Origin: Promethearchaeum syntrophicum | GTDB lineage: Archaea; Asgardarchaeota; Lokiarchaeia; Sigyniarchaeales; Promethearchaeaceae | DNA length: 32,000 nucleotides | Direction: 5' to 3' | Assembly: GCF_008000775.2 (NCBI RefSeq) | Contig: NZ_CP042905.2 | Span: forward strand, 570,001 to 602,000 | Part shown: positions 9,578-18,800 of the stretch, piece after piece | Layout of the letters: every line of letters begins with the position of its first letter | How positions within the stretch are numbered: position 1 is the first letter of the stretch | Notes under the pieces: model-generated | What the model saw: only the letters and a program-made list of their open reading frames with translations | Database searches by the model: none | What the model was told of the DNA's origin: nothing | Position numbers and translations under genes: made by a program

Positions 9578-9599
9578 CCTGCCATACCTCCTTTTAGGT

Positions 9600-9915
9600 C
9601 TTTTCTTACCCTCAAGGACACGGTGTCATTTCCCCCCCTCTTAGTGATCGTCCGGCTGCGGTCTCGGTTCCTCCCGTGGGTGAAAAAACCCGAAGGATTG
9701 CATCAGCTGCACAGGGGATAGCCGAAATTTCGTGGCATGGGGTTCCCCCTTCGAACGAGCTGTTGCGGTGCTGAGTTCCCACCTGCTCGCCAAGAGGCAA
9801 ACATCCCAATATCTCTGAAAGATTGCTTGACCCTGAGAACCTCCTCCACCAATTTTCGATGAAAGGGTTCCCCACGCGCGGAATGACATACTTTTTTTCG
9901 ATGTGCCTGGTTCAA
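9600..9915 (-). ncRNA. Candidate IS110 bridge RNA region (boundaries unknown)
   Basis: GC-rich, non-coding, hairpin-rich interval between transposase start and element edge, on the 5' side of the transposase as in IS110-group elements. Confidence 0.45.
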
Positions 9916-10231
9916 GACACATAAATTATTAATTGTTCTCCAATCACATTCGGGGGAGTTGGTGTTGATATGACTCCGTGATAATTATTTTGTCGACTTC
10001 CTTTATAAAAATTTGGAGAATGGCTTGTACCGTAAACTTCATGGCTGAAAGTATCTTATACCGTAAACTTGCAATCTCAATGGAGGCGAAGGGGGGTCTT
10101 TTGACAGAAAATATCCTAAAATTAACTAGAGAAAGAGTAAACGAATGTGATTGGAAGAGATCAGAATCATATCTCAAAGAAAAAGCATTGTAGAATGAAA
10201 GAAAAAAGAAAATAAAAAAATGTCACGAAAA

Positions 10232-11563
10232 TTATTTGGCTTCTAGAAATTCATCTGCCATTTTTTCCCCTTTTTCAATATCTACAAAATAGAGGATAAT
10301 TCCTCCAAGAATGAATAAGGATAAAACAGAAAGAATTCCATAACGTACATTTCCAGTTATATCAGATATATATGCCATAAGTGCTGGCCCTATAACTGCT
10401 GCAAATTTTCCAAGCATATTGAAAAAACCATAAAATTGTGCTGCCTTTGCTTTTGGAATTAGCCTTGAATATAAACTTCTACTTAATGCTTGTATCCCTC
10501 CTTGGAAACATCCTATAAGAAAAGCCAATGCATAAAAATGCCATTGTTGAGCCATAAATGCCCCTAATAGAGTTATACATCCATAAGCAATGATTGCAAC
10601 TAGAATTGCCTTTTTTACTCCAATTTTTTTAGCAAAAAGGTTATACAGTAAAGTTCCTGGGAAAGCGACAAATTGTACCATTAATAATGCAATTATTAAT
10701 GATTCTCCAGTAAAACCAAGTTCTGTACCGTAAGCAACAGCCATTCTGATTATAGTGTCCACTCCATCAATGTAAAACCAATAACCCAATAAAAATAGTC
10801 CAACATATTTTAAATGTTTAATATCACGGAATGTTTCTGCTAATTGTTGTAAACCTTCTTTAATTGCTTTCCTAAAAGTCATACCACTTTCAGTTTTAGA
10901 TTCTTTAACAAATAAAATAATCGGTATGGAGAAAACAGCCCACCAAATTGCTACACTAAGAAAAGATACTTTAATAGCCTGTGCCTCGTCAACAAATCCA
11001 AATGTTTCAGGCATTAAATACCATACAACATTTAACACAAACAACAATCCTCCTCCAATGTAACCTAAACTAAATCCTAAAGATGATACATAATCAATCT
11101 TCCTTTCAGAGGCCACTGAGGGTAAAAGTGAGTCATAAAATATGTTAGCTCCAGAAAATCCAATTGTTCCTAAGATATAAAGTGCAACTGCCCATTGCCA
11201 AAGACCAGCGGCAACAAAATTTAAACCCCCAGTTGTCAAAATACCTAATATTGCAAAAGTAAATAGAAATTTCTTCTTTCCAGACATTCTATCCGCGATC
11301 GCGCCAAGAAATGGTGCTAATATTGCCACAATAATAGATGCTATTGAGTTACTATAACCTAAAACAGTGATCGCATTTCCAGAAGCCCAATAACTTTCAA
11401 AAAATAATGGGAAAAAACCAGCCATGACTGTAGTTGCAAATGCAGAATTTGCCCAATCATAAAAAGACCATGATAAGATCGATTTTTTACTATCTATTGC
11501 TGATTGTAATTGTAAATTTTCTTCATTAGTTTTAACATCGTCTGATTCAATATGTTCACCCAT
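10232..11563 (-). CDS. MFS transporter, UMF1/Atg22-like family
   Basis: LSWSFYDWANSAFATTVMAGFFP N-terminus, ~12 hydrophobic segments, QGGIQALSRSLYSRLIPKAKAAQFYGFFNMLGKFAAVIGP. Confidence 0.9.
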   Translation of the reverse strand: MGEHIESDDVKTNEENLQLQSAIDSKKSILSWSFYDWANSAFATTVMAGFFPLFFESYWASGNAITVLGYSNSIASIIVAILAPFLGAIADRMSGKKKFLFTFAILGILTTGGLNFVAAGLWQWAVALYILGTIGFSGANIFYDSLLPSVASERKIDYVSSLGFSLGYIGGGLLFVLNVVWYLMPETFGFVDEAQAIKVSFLSVAIWWAVFSIPIILFVKESKTESGMTFRKAIKEGLQQLAETFRDIKHLKYVGLFLLGYWFYIDGVDTIIRMAVAYGTELGFTGESLIIALLMVQFVAFPGTLLYNLFAKKIGVKKAILVAIIAYGCITLLGAFMAQQWHFYALAFLIGCFQGGIQALSRSLYSRLIPKAKAAQFYGFFNMLGKFAAVIGPALMAYISDITGNVRYGILSVLSLFILGGIILYFVDIEKGEKMADEFLEAK

Positions 11564-11635
11564 ATTATGAATTCTGCGTTATTCTTTTTTAATTCTTTGA
11601 TAAAATATTTTTTTTTAATAATAATATTGTAAAAA

Positions 11636-12178
11636 TTACAGAAATTCCTTGTCTATCTTAATTTTAATATTACTTTTCTTTTCAGTAGCCCCTTGCTTTT
11701 CTTTTCGCTTATCTTTCAAATAGGGAATTAATTTTTTGAGGCTGATACTAATTATAGCAATACTACCCGCTATGATTATTATCCAAATTGCATATGTAGG
11801 AGATACAAAATCTTTGAAAATTGTTTTCGTATAAGTGGTTCCTATATTATCTTTTCCAACTAGTGTTATATTCATTAATCCAAATGGATATTCTTCTGTT
11901 TTGAAACGAAATTCGAGTTCATTTCCAGATTCAAAGTCTTCTTGAGTTCCATTAAAAAAAAGTGTTAAATTTACAATATAATCTGGACCCGAACCCGTTA
12001 TCTTAAAATCCCCTTCAATTTTATCCCCATCAAGAGAAGTTGTTCCAACAATTTTTGAAACTCTTAGGAATAAAACTTCTTCATCTTGGCCGTTAGCATT
12101 CATAATAACTGAATTTAAAGAAAAAAGCAGAATAAAAGTGAAAATAATTAATGAATATTTATGTTTATTCGATTTCAT
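11636..12178 (-). CDS. Secreted/membrane-anchored protein, paralogue A
   Basis: Signal peptide, extracytoplasmic beta-rich domain, C-terminal TM, charged tail; co-linear with 12306..12848. Confidence 0.7.
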   Translation of the reverse strand: MKSNKHKYSLIIFTFILLFSLNSVIMNANGQDEEVLFLRVSKIVGTTSLDGDKIEGDFKITGSGPDYIVNLTLFFNGTQEDFESGNELEFRFKTEEYPFGLMNITLVGKDNIGTTYTKTIFKDFVSPTYAIWIIIIAGSIAIISISLKKLIPYLKDKRKEKQGATEKKSNIKIKIDKEFL

Positions 12179-12205
12179 TTCACTTAAAATTAATCATTGA
12201 AAAGC

Positions 12206-12226
12206 CAAAAACCTTTGGAAAAATTG
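12206..12226. repeat. 21-nt repeat upstream of paralogue A (CAAAAACCTTTGGAAAAATTG)
   Basis: Identical to 12874-12894, each about 26-28 nt upstream of its gene's start codon. Confidence 0.85.
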
Positions 12227-12305
12227 ATATCAAGCATTTACTGAATGAAAATTCTTCAAACATTGTTCTTTGATAATTCTCTGATTAAGAAAGTATAAAT
12301 TATAT

Positions 12306-12848
12306 TTATTTACGAAATTTCTTATCTATAACAATTTTAATTTTGTTTTTCTTCTCAGCAAAGCTTTGCTTTTTATCTTTCATTTCTTTTCTATCAGAAA
12401 TTATTTTTAATATTACAATCGCACCAATAAAAGTAATTACACCCGATAAGATTACAATCCAACTTCCAACTTTTGGTGAAATAAATTCTTTGAAAATTGC
12501 TTTTTCATAAAATAATCCTTCACTATCTTCTCCTATCAGCGTAATATTCATTAAACCTAAAGAATAATTTTTTGTATAAAACTGAAATATGAGATGATTA
12601 TCAGATTCAAATGCAACTTTAACTCCGTTAAATAACAATGTTAAATTTAAAATAAAATCAGGACCAGAGCCGTTTATTGTAAAAATTCCCTCTATTTTAT
12701 CCCCAATTACCGCTCCGTCATCTCTCAGAATTTCTAAGAATAAGACTTCTTCATCTTGGGCATTAATGTTCAAAATTACTGAAATGAAAGAAATGAGAAG
12801 AATAAAAATGAACATAATTAGAGAATGTTTATGCTTTAAAGGTTTCAT
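12306..12848 (-). CDS. Secreted/membrane-anchored protein, paralogue B
   Basis: Same length (180 aa) and architecture; shared NAQDEEVLFL, GDKIEG.F.I.GSGPD.I.NLTL.FNG, SLGLMNITL-type blocks. Confidence 0.7.
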   Translation of the reverse strand: MKPLKHKHSLIMFIFILLISFISVILNINAQDEEVLFLEILRDDGAVIGDKIEGIFTINGSGPDFILNLTLLFNGVKVAFESDNHLIFQFYTKNYSLGLMNITLIGEDSEGLFYEKAIFKEFISPKVGSWIVILSGVITFIGAIVILKIISDRKEMKDKKQSFAEKKNKIKIVIDKKFRK

Positions 12849-12873
12849 TTTGTTAAAAATATCATATTAAATT

Positions 12874-12894
12874 CAAAAACCTTTGGAAAAATTG
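12874..12894. repeat. 21-nt repeat upstream of paralogue B (CAAAAACCTTTGGAAAAATTG)
   Basis: Exact copy of 12206-12226. Confidence 0.85.
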
Positions 12895-13007
12895 GTAACA
12901 AGCAATATTAGAACGAAATTTCATCAATATCGTTCTCAAATACTTTTTTGGATGCTAAAAAACTGAAACATTTTAATGGTATTTTTGACAGATTAATATG
13001 ATCAAAA

Positions 13008-13469
13008 ATGGTTCGAATGTCGTATGTAACTTATAATTGCCCAACATGTCAAATGAGGAGACAAGCGGGAGGGACAATACCACCACTTTGTCCGGCTTGT
13101 GGGAAAGTTATTTGTCATGTTTGTGGAGAAAAAGACTTGTGTCCCACATGTTATAATTATGTGACTCCAGAAGAAATGGCGTATTATGATTCTGTCTGTA
13201 ATTCAGCAAAACAACTTAAAGCTCTAGTTGCAGTTAAGCCAGGATTGTGCTGTGGAATTACATTTTTATTATTAGGTATTACACTAATAGCTTCACCCAC
13301 AGGTATCTTAGAAATCGGAATAATACTTGCCATTTTAGGTGGACTTTTAACATTATTTTTATTTCCAATGAATCTAATGAACGATCGGAAATGGAAAGAT
13401 TATTATAAAAGAAAAGATGATGCCTTTAGAAGCCTTGTTGCAAAAATCAAACAAAGACGGATGCATTGA
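13008..13469 (+). CDS. Zinc-ribbon protein with two C-terminal TM helices
   Basis: CPTCQMRR...CPACGKVICHVCGEKDLCPTCYNY followed by two hydrophobic segments. Confidence 0.7.
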   Translation: MVRMSYVTYNCPTCQMRRQAGGTIPPLCPACGKVICHVCGEKDLCPTCYNYVTPEEMAYYDSVCNSAKQLKALVAVKPGLCCGITFLLLGITLIASPTGILEIGIILAILGGLLTLFLFPMNLMNDRKWKDYYKRKDDAFRSLVAKIKQRRMH

Positions 13470-13522
13470 AATTAATTCTATGATTTTTTTTTTTGAAATT
13501 TATTAAAGAAGGAATAGATTTT

Positions 13523-14515
13523 TTAAATTAAAGTTAATAAATCGCTTATAGCTTCATTCATTGGCTTATTTTCATGTAAAACTTTGTAAATTTGTGTTGT
13601 AAGTGGCAGATCGATATTATTCTGTTGAGCAAAATGATGAATAGATTTAGCCGCCCAAACTCCTTCTGAGACCATTCCATGCATTTCTATTTTTATTTGC
13701 GCGAATGTTTTTCCTTGTGCAAGTTTTTCACCATATGATCGATTTCTCGATAGTTTTGATGAACAAGTTGCTATTAAATCTCCAATTCCCGCTATTCCAA
13801 AAAAAGTTTTACGCGCGCAACCAAAATGTTTTCCAATTCTGTTCATCTCAGTAAGTCCGAGTGTAATAATACTACCTTTAGTATTATCTCCTAATTTCAA
13901 TCCATCACAAACGCCTATTGCAATTGCTGTAATATTTTTTACTGCACCACAGATTTCAATTCCGCGTTCATCGAAAATCGCATAAGGTTTAAAATAATTG
14001 GTTTGGAAAATTGCTACTAATTCAGGAAGGATCTCTTCATGAATGGAAGCAATAACAGTGCCTGTAGGGAATTCTCGAGCAACTTCACTGGAGAGGTTTG
14101 GTCCTGACAAAGCGGCAATTTTCACATTTTTAGGAAGAATTTCTCTTAAAACTTCGGACATTAGTTTGAAGGTGTCATACTCTAATCCTTTAGCAACGGT
14201 AACTAATTTATATTCTTTTTTTTGAGAGAAGAATGGAAGAATTTGATTAGCAATATTACGAACAAATGTAGAAGGTACAGCGAAAATAATTATATCTGCA
14301 TTAGGGATGACGTCATTAAAATCAGTGAAGGCAAATAAATTATCTGAGAGATATATTCCCGGAAGAAATTGTATATTAATATGGTTTAAATTAATAGATT
14401 CTACAGTTTCTTTTTCATAACTCCAAATTTTAACTGCATAACCTTTTTTTGCAAGGAGATTTGCTAGAGTCGTTCCCCACCCTCCTGCACCAATAACCGA
14501 AATTTGGGTATCCAT
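13523..14515 (-). CDS. gpsA: NAD(P)+-dependent glycerol-3-phosphate dehydrogenase (bacterial type)
   Basis: ISVIGAGGWGTTLANLLAKKG, SGPNLSSEVAREFPTGTVIAS, GAVKNITAIAIGVCDGLKLGDNTKGSIITLGLTEM, GIAGIGDLIATCSSKLSRNRSYG. Confidence 0.96.
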   Translation of the reverse strand: MDTQISVIGAGGWGTTLANLLAKKGYAVKIWSYEKETVESINLNHINIQFLPGIYLSDNLFAFTDFNDVIPNADIIIFAVPSTFVRNIANQILPFFSQKKEYKLVTVAKGLEYDTFKLMSEVLREILPKNVKIAALSGPNLSSEVAREFPTGTVIASIHEEILPELVAIFQTNYFKPYAIFDERGIEICGAVKNITAIAIGVCDGLKLGDNTKGSIITLGLTEMNRIGKHFGCARKTFFGIAGIGDLIATCSSKLSRNRSYGEKLAQGKTFAQIKIEMHGMVSEGVWAAKSIHHFAQQNNIDLPLTTQIYKVLHENKPMNEAISDLLTLI

Positions 14516-14561
14516 GAATGTAAATAAAAAAAATAAAAAATTGAATAAAAACCATTTAGTT

Positions 14562-17306
14562 TTACATTACTTGCATTTTGGTCCCACAATGTTCAGGGAC
14601 TTCATTTGTTCCGCAGTTCATTCCCCCAAATTTGGGGTCTAAATTCATCCAACATACGAGTTTACCTTCATGAGGAATCATATCTCTCCCACAATGCTTG
14701 GGAAGTCCTTCTTCGTGATTGCAAACACTACACACTAATTTATTTGCCATAATATTTTCATCTCCTACGATTTTAGATTCAAATTTCTCACTTTCTATAT
14801 TCACAGATTTCTTTTGGGATCGTAAATTTTCAACTGAACTTTTTACTTTATTTAAATCAAGCCTTTTTAGTAATAGGGCTGATATTACAACTGAAACGGA
14901 ACTAATCGCCATGAAAAGGGAAGCGATACCGGGAGGTAAGAAAAAGCCTAATAATCCAAAAAATACACCTGCTGCAAACGGAATTCCTATTAAGTTATAA
15001 ATTGCAGCCCAAAACAAATTTTGTCTCATTTTGATATAAGTTTTCTTTGATAATGTCATAGCTGCTATTAAATTTTGAAGTTCGCCTTTAATTAATACAA
15101 TATCTGCTGATTCTATAGCGATATCAGTTCCTGATCCGATTGCAATACCAACATCCGCTTTTGTTAAAGCAGGTGCATCATTTATTCCATCTCCGACCAT
15201 AGCAACAACTGCGTTTGTTTCACTTTGAATTTCTTCAATCTTGACAAGTTTTTGGGAAGGTAAAACTTCAGCAAAATATTCTTGGATTCCTATGGATTTG
15301 GCGATTGCTTCTGCGGTTTTTTTATTATCCCCTGTTAGAAGATAAGTATGAATTTTCATCTTATGCAACATTTTAATTGTTTCTTTAGCATATGGTTTTA
15401 ATTTATCCGCAAGACCTAAAATACCAATCAATATTCCATCTTTCATTACAAGAACAACAGTATTACCTTGAGATTGAAGATCACCAATCATAATATCTGC
15501 ACTTGAATGATCTACTCCTTCTTTTTCGGCAAATTTTAGATTTCCAACAATAATTCTACTTTTTTCAATAATTCCTTCAATACCAAAACCAGGATTATTT
15601 TTAAAATCTTTTACCGTAGTAAGATCGATTTGTTTCTCCTTAGCTTTTTCAACAATTGCTTGTCCTAAAGGATGTTCTGACCCCTGTTCCAAGCTACCAG
15701 CAAAAAATAACACATCCTTCATAGAATTGTCCATAAATGGTATATTTTTTATAACTTGAGGTTTTCCAACAGTAAGAGTTCCTGTTTTATCAAAAACAAT
15801 ATGATTTACTTTATGCACAAGTTCTAAACTTTCCCCTCCTTTAATGAGGATTCCAGATTTTGCCCCTTTTCCTGTTCCTACCATAACTGCAGTAGGTATT
15901 GCTAAACCAAGAGCACAAGGACAAGAAATTACAACAACACTAACAAATCGAAGTAAAGAATCTTCAAATGTAAAACCTGCTATCCAAAACCAATAAGCAA
16001 ATGTAAGAGATGCAATTAAGATAACAATAGGAACAAAAACATTGCTTACTTTATCTGCTAAACGTTGCATTGGAGGTTTATCTGTTTGAGCATTGCGGAC
16101 TAAATCAATAATTCTGCTTAAAACTGTATCATTTCCAATTTTTTCAACTTCAACTTGAATTAAGCCATTTTGATTAATAGTTCCACCAATTACTAAATCT
16201 CCAGGTTGCTTCTTTACTGAAATAGATTCACCTGTTATCATTGATTCATCAATTCGCGATACTCCTTCGATTATTTTTCCATCAATAGGAATTTTTTCTC
16301 CAGGTTTAACTATTATTATATCCTTAACATCTATCTCATCAATATCAATTTCTATTTCTTCCGCATTTCGGAGTATGCGTGCAGATGTTGCTTTTAATTC
16401 CATAAGTTTAGTTAAAGCATTTGATGTTTTTCCTTTCGCTAAAGTTTCCATCCATTTTCCTAATAAAATAAAACTGAAGATTAGAATTGATTCTGAAAAG
16501 AATAATTCTCCAGCTCCAGTTATCACAGAAAAAATACTATATATATAAGCAGTCCCAGACCCTAAGGCGATTAAGACATCCATATTAGTTGTTTTATTTT
16601 TTAAGCTCAAATACGCGCCTTTATAGAAGAATTGCCCAACAATAATTTGAGAAATTGTAGTTAAAATCAAAATTAAATATATTACAATATTTCGAGAATT
16701 TTCATCAAGCGTTGTTCCCATGTTAATTCGGGATAATGTAAAAATTGGAATAAAAAGTAATAAGCTTATAATTGTGAGATTGCGCCTATATTTGATTTCT
16801 TTCTTAAAATTTTCTCGTTCTTGCTCCAAAATGCCTTGTGACTTGGATCCTTCGATTCCCAGTTTATAAAACTCTTTCATGACTTGATTTTCTGATATTT
16901 GAGCAGAATTAAAAATTATTTTCAAAGATTTTTTATCTTCATTAAAATAGGAAGCATAAACTCCATTCACTTGAGTCACTTCTTCGATAAGTTTGTTAAC
17001 CTTAGCTGAAGACAATTTTTCTTTAACTGAAACAACTAAGTTGGAAAGCGTGGCTTTATATCCTATATCGCTAACAGATTTCAATATATTCTCAATATTC
17101 ACTTCAGAACTATCAAAAATCACTCGACCGCTTTCTGTTGGAAGCACAATATCCACTTTTTTAACTCCTGGAAGTGCTTCTAATTTTGTATTAATTTTTA
17201 GAGCACAATTGGCACAAGTCATCCCAGATATGTTCAAATTTAAGGATATTTGCTCTTTATTCAATATTTCCTTATTCATTTCATATAACTTTTGGTTTTC
17301 ATTCAT
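14562..17306 (-). CDS. copA: Copper-translocating P1B-type ATPase
   Basis: N-terminal HMA (GMTCANCALKI), CPC metal site (SCPCALGLAIPTAVMVGTG), DKTGTLTVGK, SEHPLGQAIV, MVGDGINDAPALTKADVGIAIG; Cys/His-rich C-terminal extension. Confidence 0.95.
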   Translation of the reverse strand: MNENQKLYEMNKEILNKEQISLNLNISGMTCANCALKINTKLEALPGVKKVDIVLPTESGRVIFDSSEVNIENILKSVSDIGYKATLSNLVVSVKEKLSSAKVNKLIEEVTQVNGVYASYFNEDKKSLKIIFNSAQISENQVMKEFYKLGIEGSKSQGILEQERENFKKEIKYRRNLTIISLLLFIPIFTLSRINMGTTLDENSRNIVIYLILILTTISQIIVGQFFYKGAYLSLKNKTTNMDVLIALGSGTAYIYSIFSVITGAGELFFSESILIFSFILLGKWMETLAKGKTSNALTKLMELKATSARILRNAEEIEIDIDEIDVKDIIIVKPGEKIPIDGKIIEGVSRIDESMITGESISVKKQPGDLVIGGTINQNGLIQVEVEKIGNDTVLSRIIDLVRNAQTDKPPMQRLADKVSNVFVPIVILIASLTFAYWFWIAGFTFEDSLLRFVSVVVISCPCALGLAIPTAVMVGTGKGAKSGILIKGGESLELVHKVNHIVFDKTGTLTVGKPQVIKNIPFMDNSMKDVLFFAGSLEQGSEHPLGQAIVEKAKEKQIDLTTVKDFKNNPGFGIEGIIEKSRIIVGNLKFAEKEGVDHSSADIMIGDLQSQGNTVVLVMKDGILIGILGLADKLKPYAKETIKMLHKMKIHTYLLTGDNKKTAEAIAKSIGIQEYFAEVLPSQKLVKIEEIQSETNAVVAMVGDGINDAPALTKADVGIAIGSGTDIAIESADIVLIKGELQNLIAAMTLSKKTYIKMRQNLFWAAIYNLIGIPFAAGVFFGLLGFFLPPGIASLFMAISSVSVVISALLLKRLDLNKVKSSVENLRSQKKSVNIESEKFESKIVGDENIMANKLVCSVCNHEEGLPKHCGRDMIPHEGKLVCWMNLDPKFGGMNCGTNEVPEHCGTKMQVM

Positions 17307-17462
17307 TTGTCAAATTTAATATACTACTTAGAAATTAATAAACTCTCGAATAAAATAAATAATGAAAAATTCGATTTAGCCTTAAATCTATAAATCAATA
17401 GTGATAAAATTCAATTTTCTTATAGAAGAAATTATATATCATTTTTTAATTACTAATTAAAC

Positions 17463-18614
17463 ATGTCTAATGAAAAAATATTTGATAAACGAAAAGAAAT
17501 ACTCAAAGAACTTGTTTTACAACTTCATGCTGGAAACGAAGATCTTCCGAAATTAAAAAAGAAATTTAAAGATGAGCTAGGGGATGTTTCGGCCTCAGAA
17601 ATAGCCGTTATGGAGCAAGAGCTAATAGATAGCGGTGTTTTAACAGCTGAACAAATAACTAAATTATGCGATATTCATGTTGATATCTTTCGATCTTCTC
17701 TTGAAACTCATGAAAGCCCACAGTCTATTCCGGGCCATCCTATTCACACATACACTGCCGAAAATGAAAAAGCAAAAGAATTGATTCGGAAACTAAAAGC
17801 AGATTTCAATCCGATGGATCTCATCCAATTGAAACAAATAAATACGCATTATACACGACTTGAGAATCAATTATTCCCAATGCTTGAAAAAGTCGGATTT
17901 TCTGGACCATCGCAGGTTATGTGGGCGAAACATGATGAAATTCGGGATATGTTTAATAAAGCTGATAAAGAGAAAGTTGAAGAATTATTGGATTCTGTAG
18001 CAGACATGATCTTCAAAGAAGAAGGGATTCTTTTTCCCGCTTCCTTAGAAAAATTGACTGAAGCACAGTGGGTTGAAGTGAAAAATGGAGAAGAAGAAAT
18101 TGGATTTGCATGGGTAAAACCTGGATCCGAATGGAAACCAGTAACACCAGAAGGTATTCATGGAAAAGATAATCCAAATGTATTACCAGATTCATTATCT
18201 AATTTAGGATTACTTCAAATGAAGACTGGGAAAATGTCTCTTGAACTAGTAAATCTTATGATAACTCATTTACCTGTAGATTTGTCATTTATTGATGAAA
18301 ATGATAATGTTTTATATTATTCGGATGTTCCAGATCGCTTATTTCCGCGAAGTCCAGGTGTAATCGGAAGAAACGTTAAGAATTGTCATCCTCCGAAAAG
18401 CCAAGACATCGTGCTTCGGATACTTGATGCTTTCAAAAAAGGAGAAAAGAATGTCGCAGAATTTTGGTTGGAAATCAAAGGGCAATTCATCTACATTCGA
18501 TATTTTGCTGTTCGGGACAAAGATGGAAAATATCGCGGAACTTTAGAAGTTAGTCAAGATATAACTAATATTCGAAAGTTAGAAGGCACAAAACGACTAT
18601 TAAATTGGTCTTAG
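17463..18614 (+). CDS. DUF438 domain protein with hemerythrin-like region and C-terminal PAS domain
   Basis: RKEILKELVLQLHAGNEDLPKLKKKFKDEL, HPIHTYTAENEKAKELIRKL, LPVDLSFIDENDNVLYYSDVPDRLFPRSPGVIGRNVKNCHPPKS. Confidence 0.88.
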   Translation: MSNEKIFDKRKEILKELVLQLHAGNEDLPKLKKKFKDELGDVSASEIAVMEQELIDSGVLTAEQITKLCDIHVDIFRSSLETHESPQSIPGHPIHTYTAENEKAKELIRKLKADFNPMDLIQLKQINTHYTRLENQLFPMLEKVGFSGPSQVMWAKHDEIRDMFNKADKEKVEELLDSVADMIFKEEGILFPASLEKLTEAQWVEVKNGEEEIGFAWVKPGSEWKPVTPEGIHGKDNPNVLPDSLSNLGLLQMKTGKMSLELVNLMITHLPVDLSFIDENDNVLYYSDVPDRLFPRSPGVIGRNVKNCHPPKSQDIVLRILDAFKKGEKNVAEFWLEIKGQFIYIRYFAVRDKDGKYRGTLEVSQDITNIRKLEGTKRLLNWS

Positions 18615-18800
18615 TTAAAATTGTGCAATCTTTAAAGAAAACCCCTTTTTTTTATGTATTTTTGAAATAAATCTAAAATTTTTGTTGACAAAATATAACT
18701 CAAAATGAGAAAAAGCAAATTATCAATAATAATTAGATATAATAAACAAAAATTAGGCTAGTCTAATAATATTAAAATATTAAAATGGAGGTAAATTATT

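Larger units (their letters stand above)
7971..9922 (-). mobile_element. IS110-family insertion element (ends approximate)
   Basis: Abrupt compositional island (about 50% GC against AT-rich flanks) containing an IS110-type transposase and ~340 bp non-coding DNA upstream of it; no terminal inverted repeats seen, as expected for IS110. Confidence 0.85.

Noticed and set aside
9897-9915. GGTTCAAG-like T-loop motif at the IS edge (cctggttcaagacac) as another tRNA remnant or tRNA target site
   Set aside because: Only 8 nt match and no acceptor or T-stem pairing, too weak.
8171-9922. Several overlapping or antisense ORFs in the IS110 region (8171-8440, 8441-8683, 8460-8744, 8873-9067, 9193-9432, 9311-9514, 9321-9644, 9612-9875, 9641-9922, 9703-9915)
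   Set aside because: Overlap or oppose the long transposase frame, or lie in the structured non-coding end; no recognisable protein motifs. They follow from higher GC and fewer stop codons.
9944-10193. Small ORFs 9944-10177 (-) and 9978-10193 (+)
   Set aside because: Mutually overlapping, no family resemblance, and contain the direct repeat; most likely intergenic.
14719-15000. Plus-strand ORFs antisense to copA, gpsA and the ThDP enzyme (e.g. 14043-14225, 14719-15000, 16993-17319, 27324-27545, 27490-27747, 28048-28863)
   Set aside because: Shadow ORFs fully opposite strongly supported genes.
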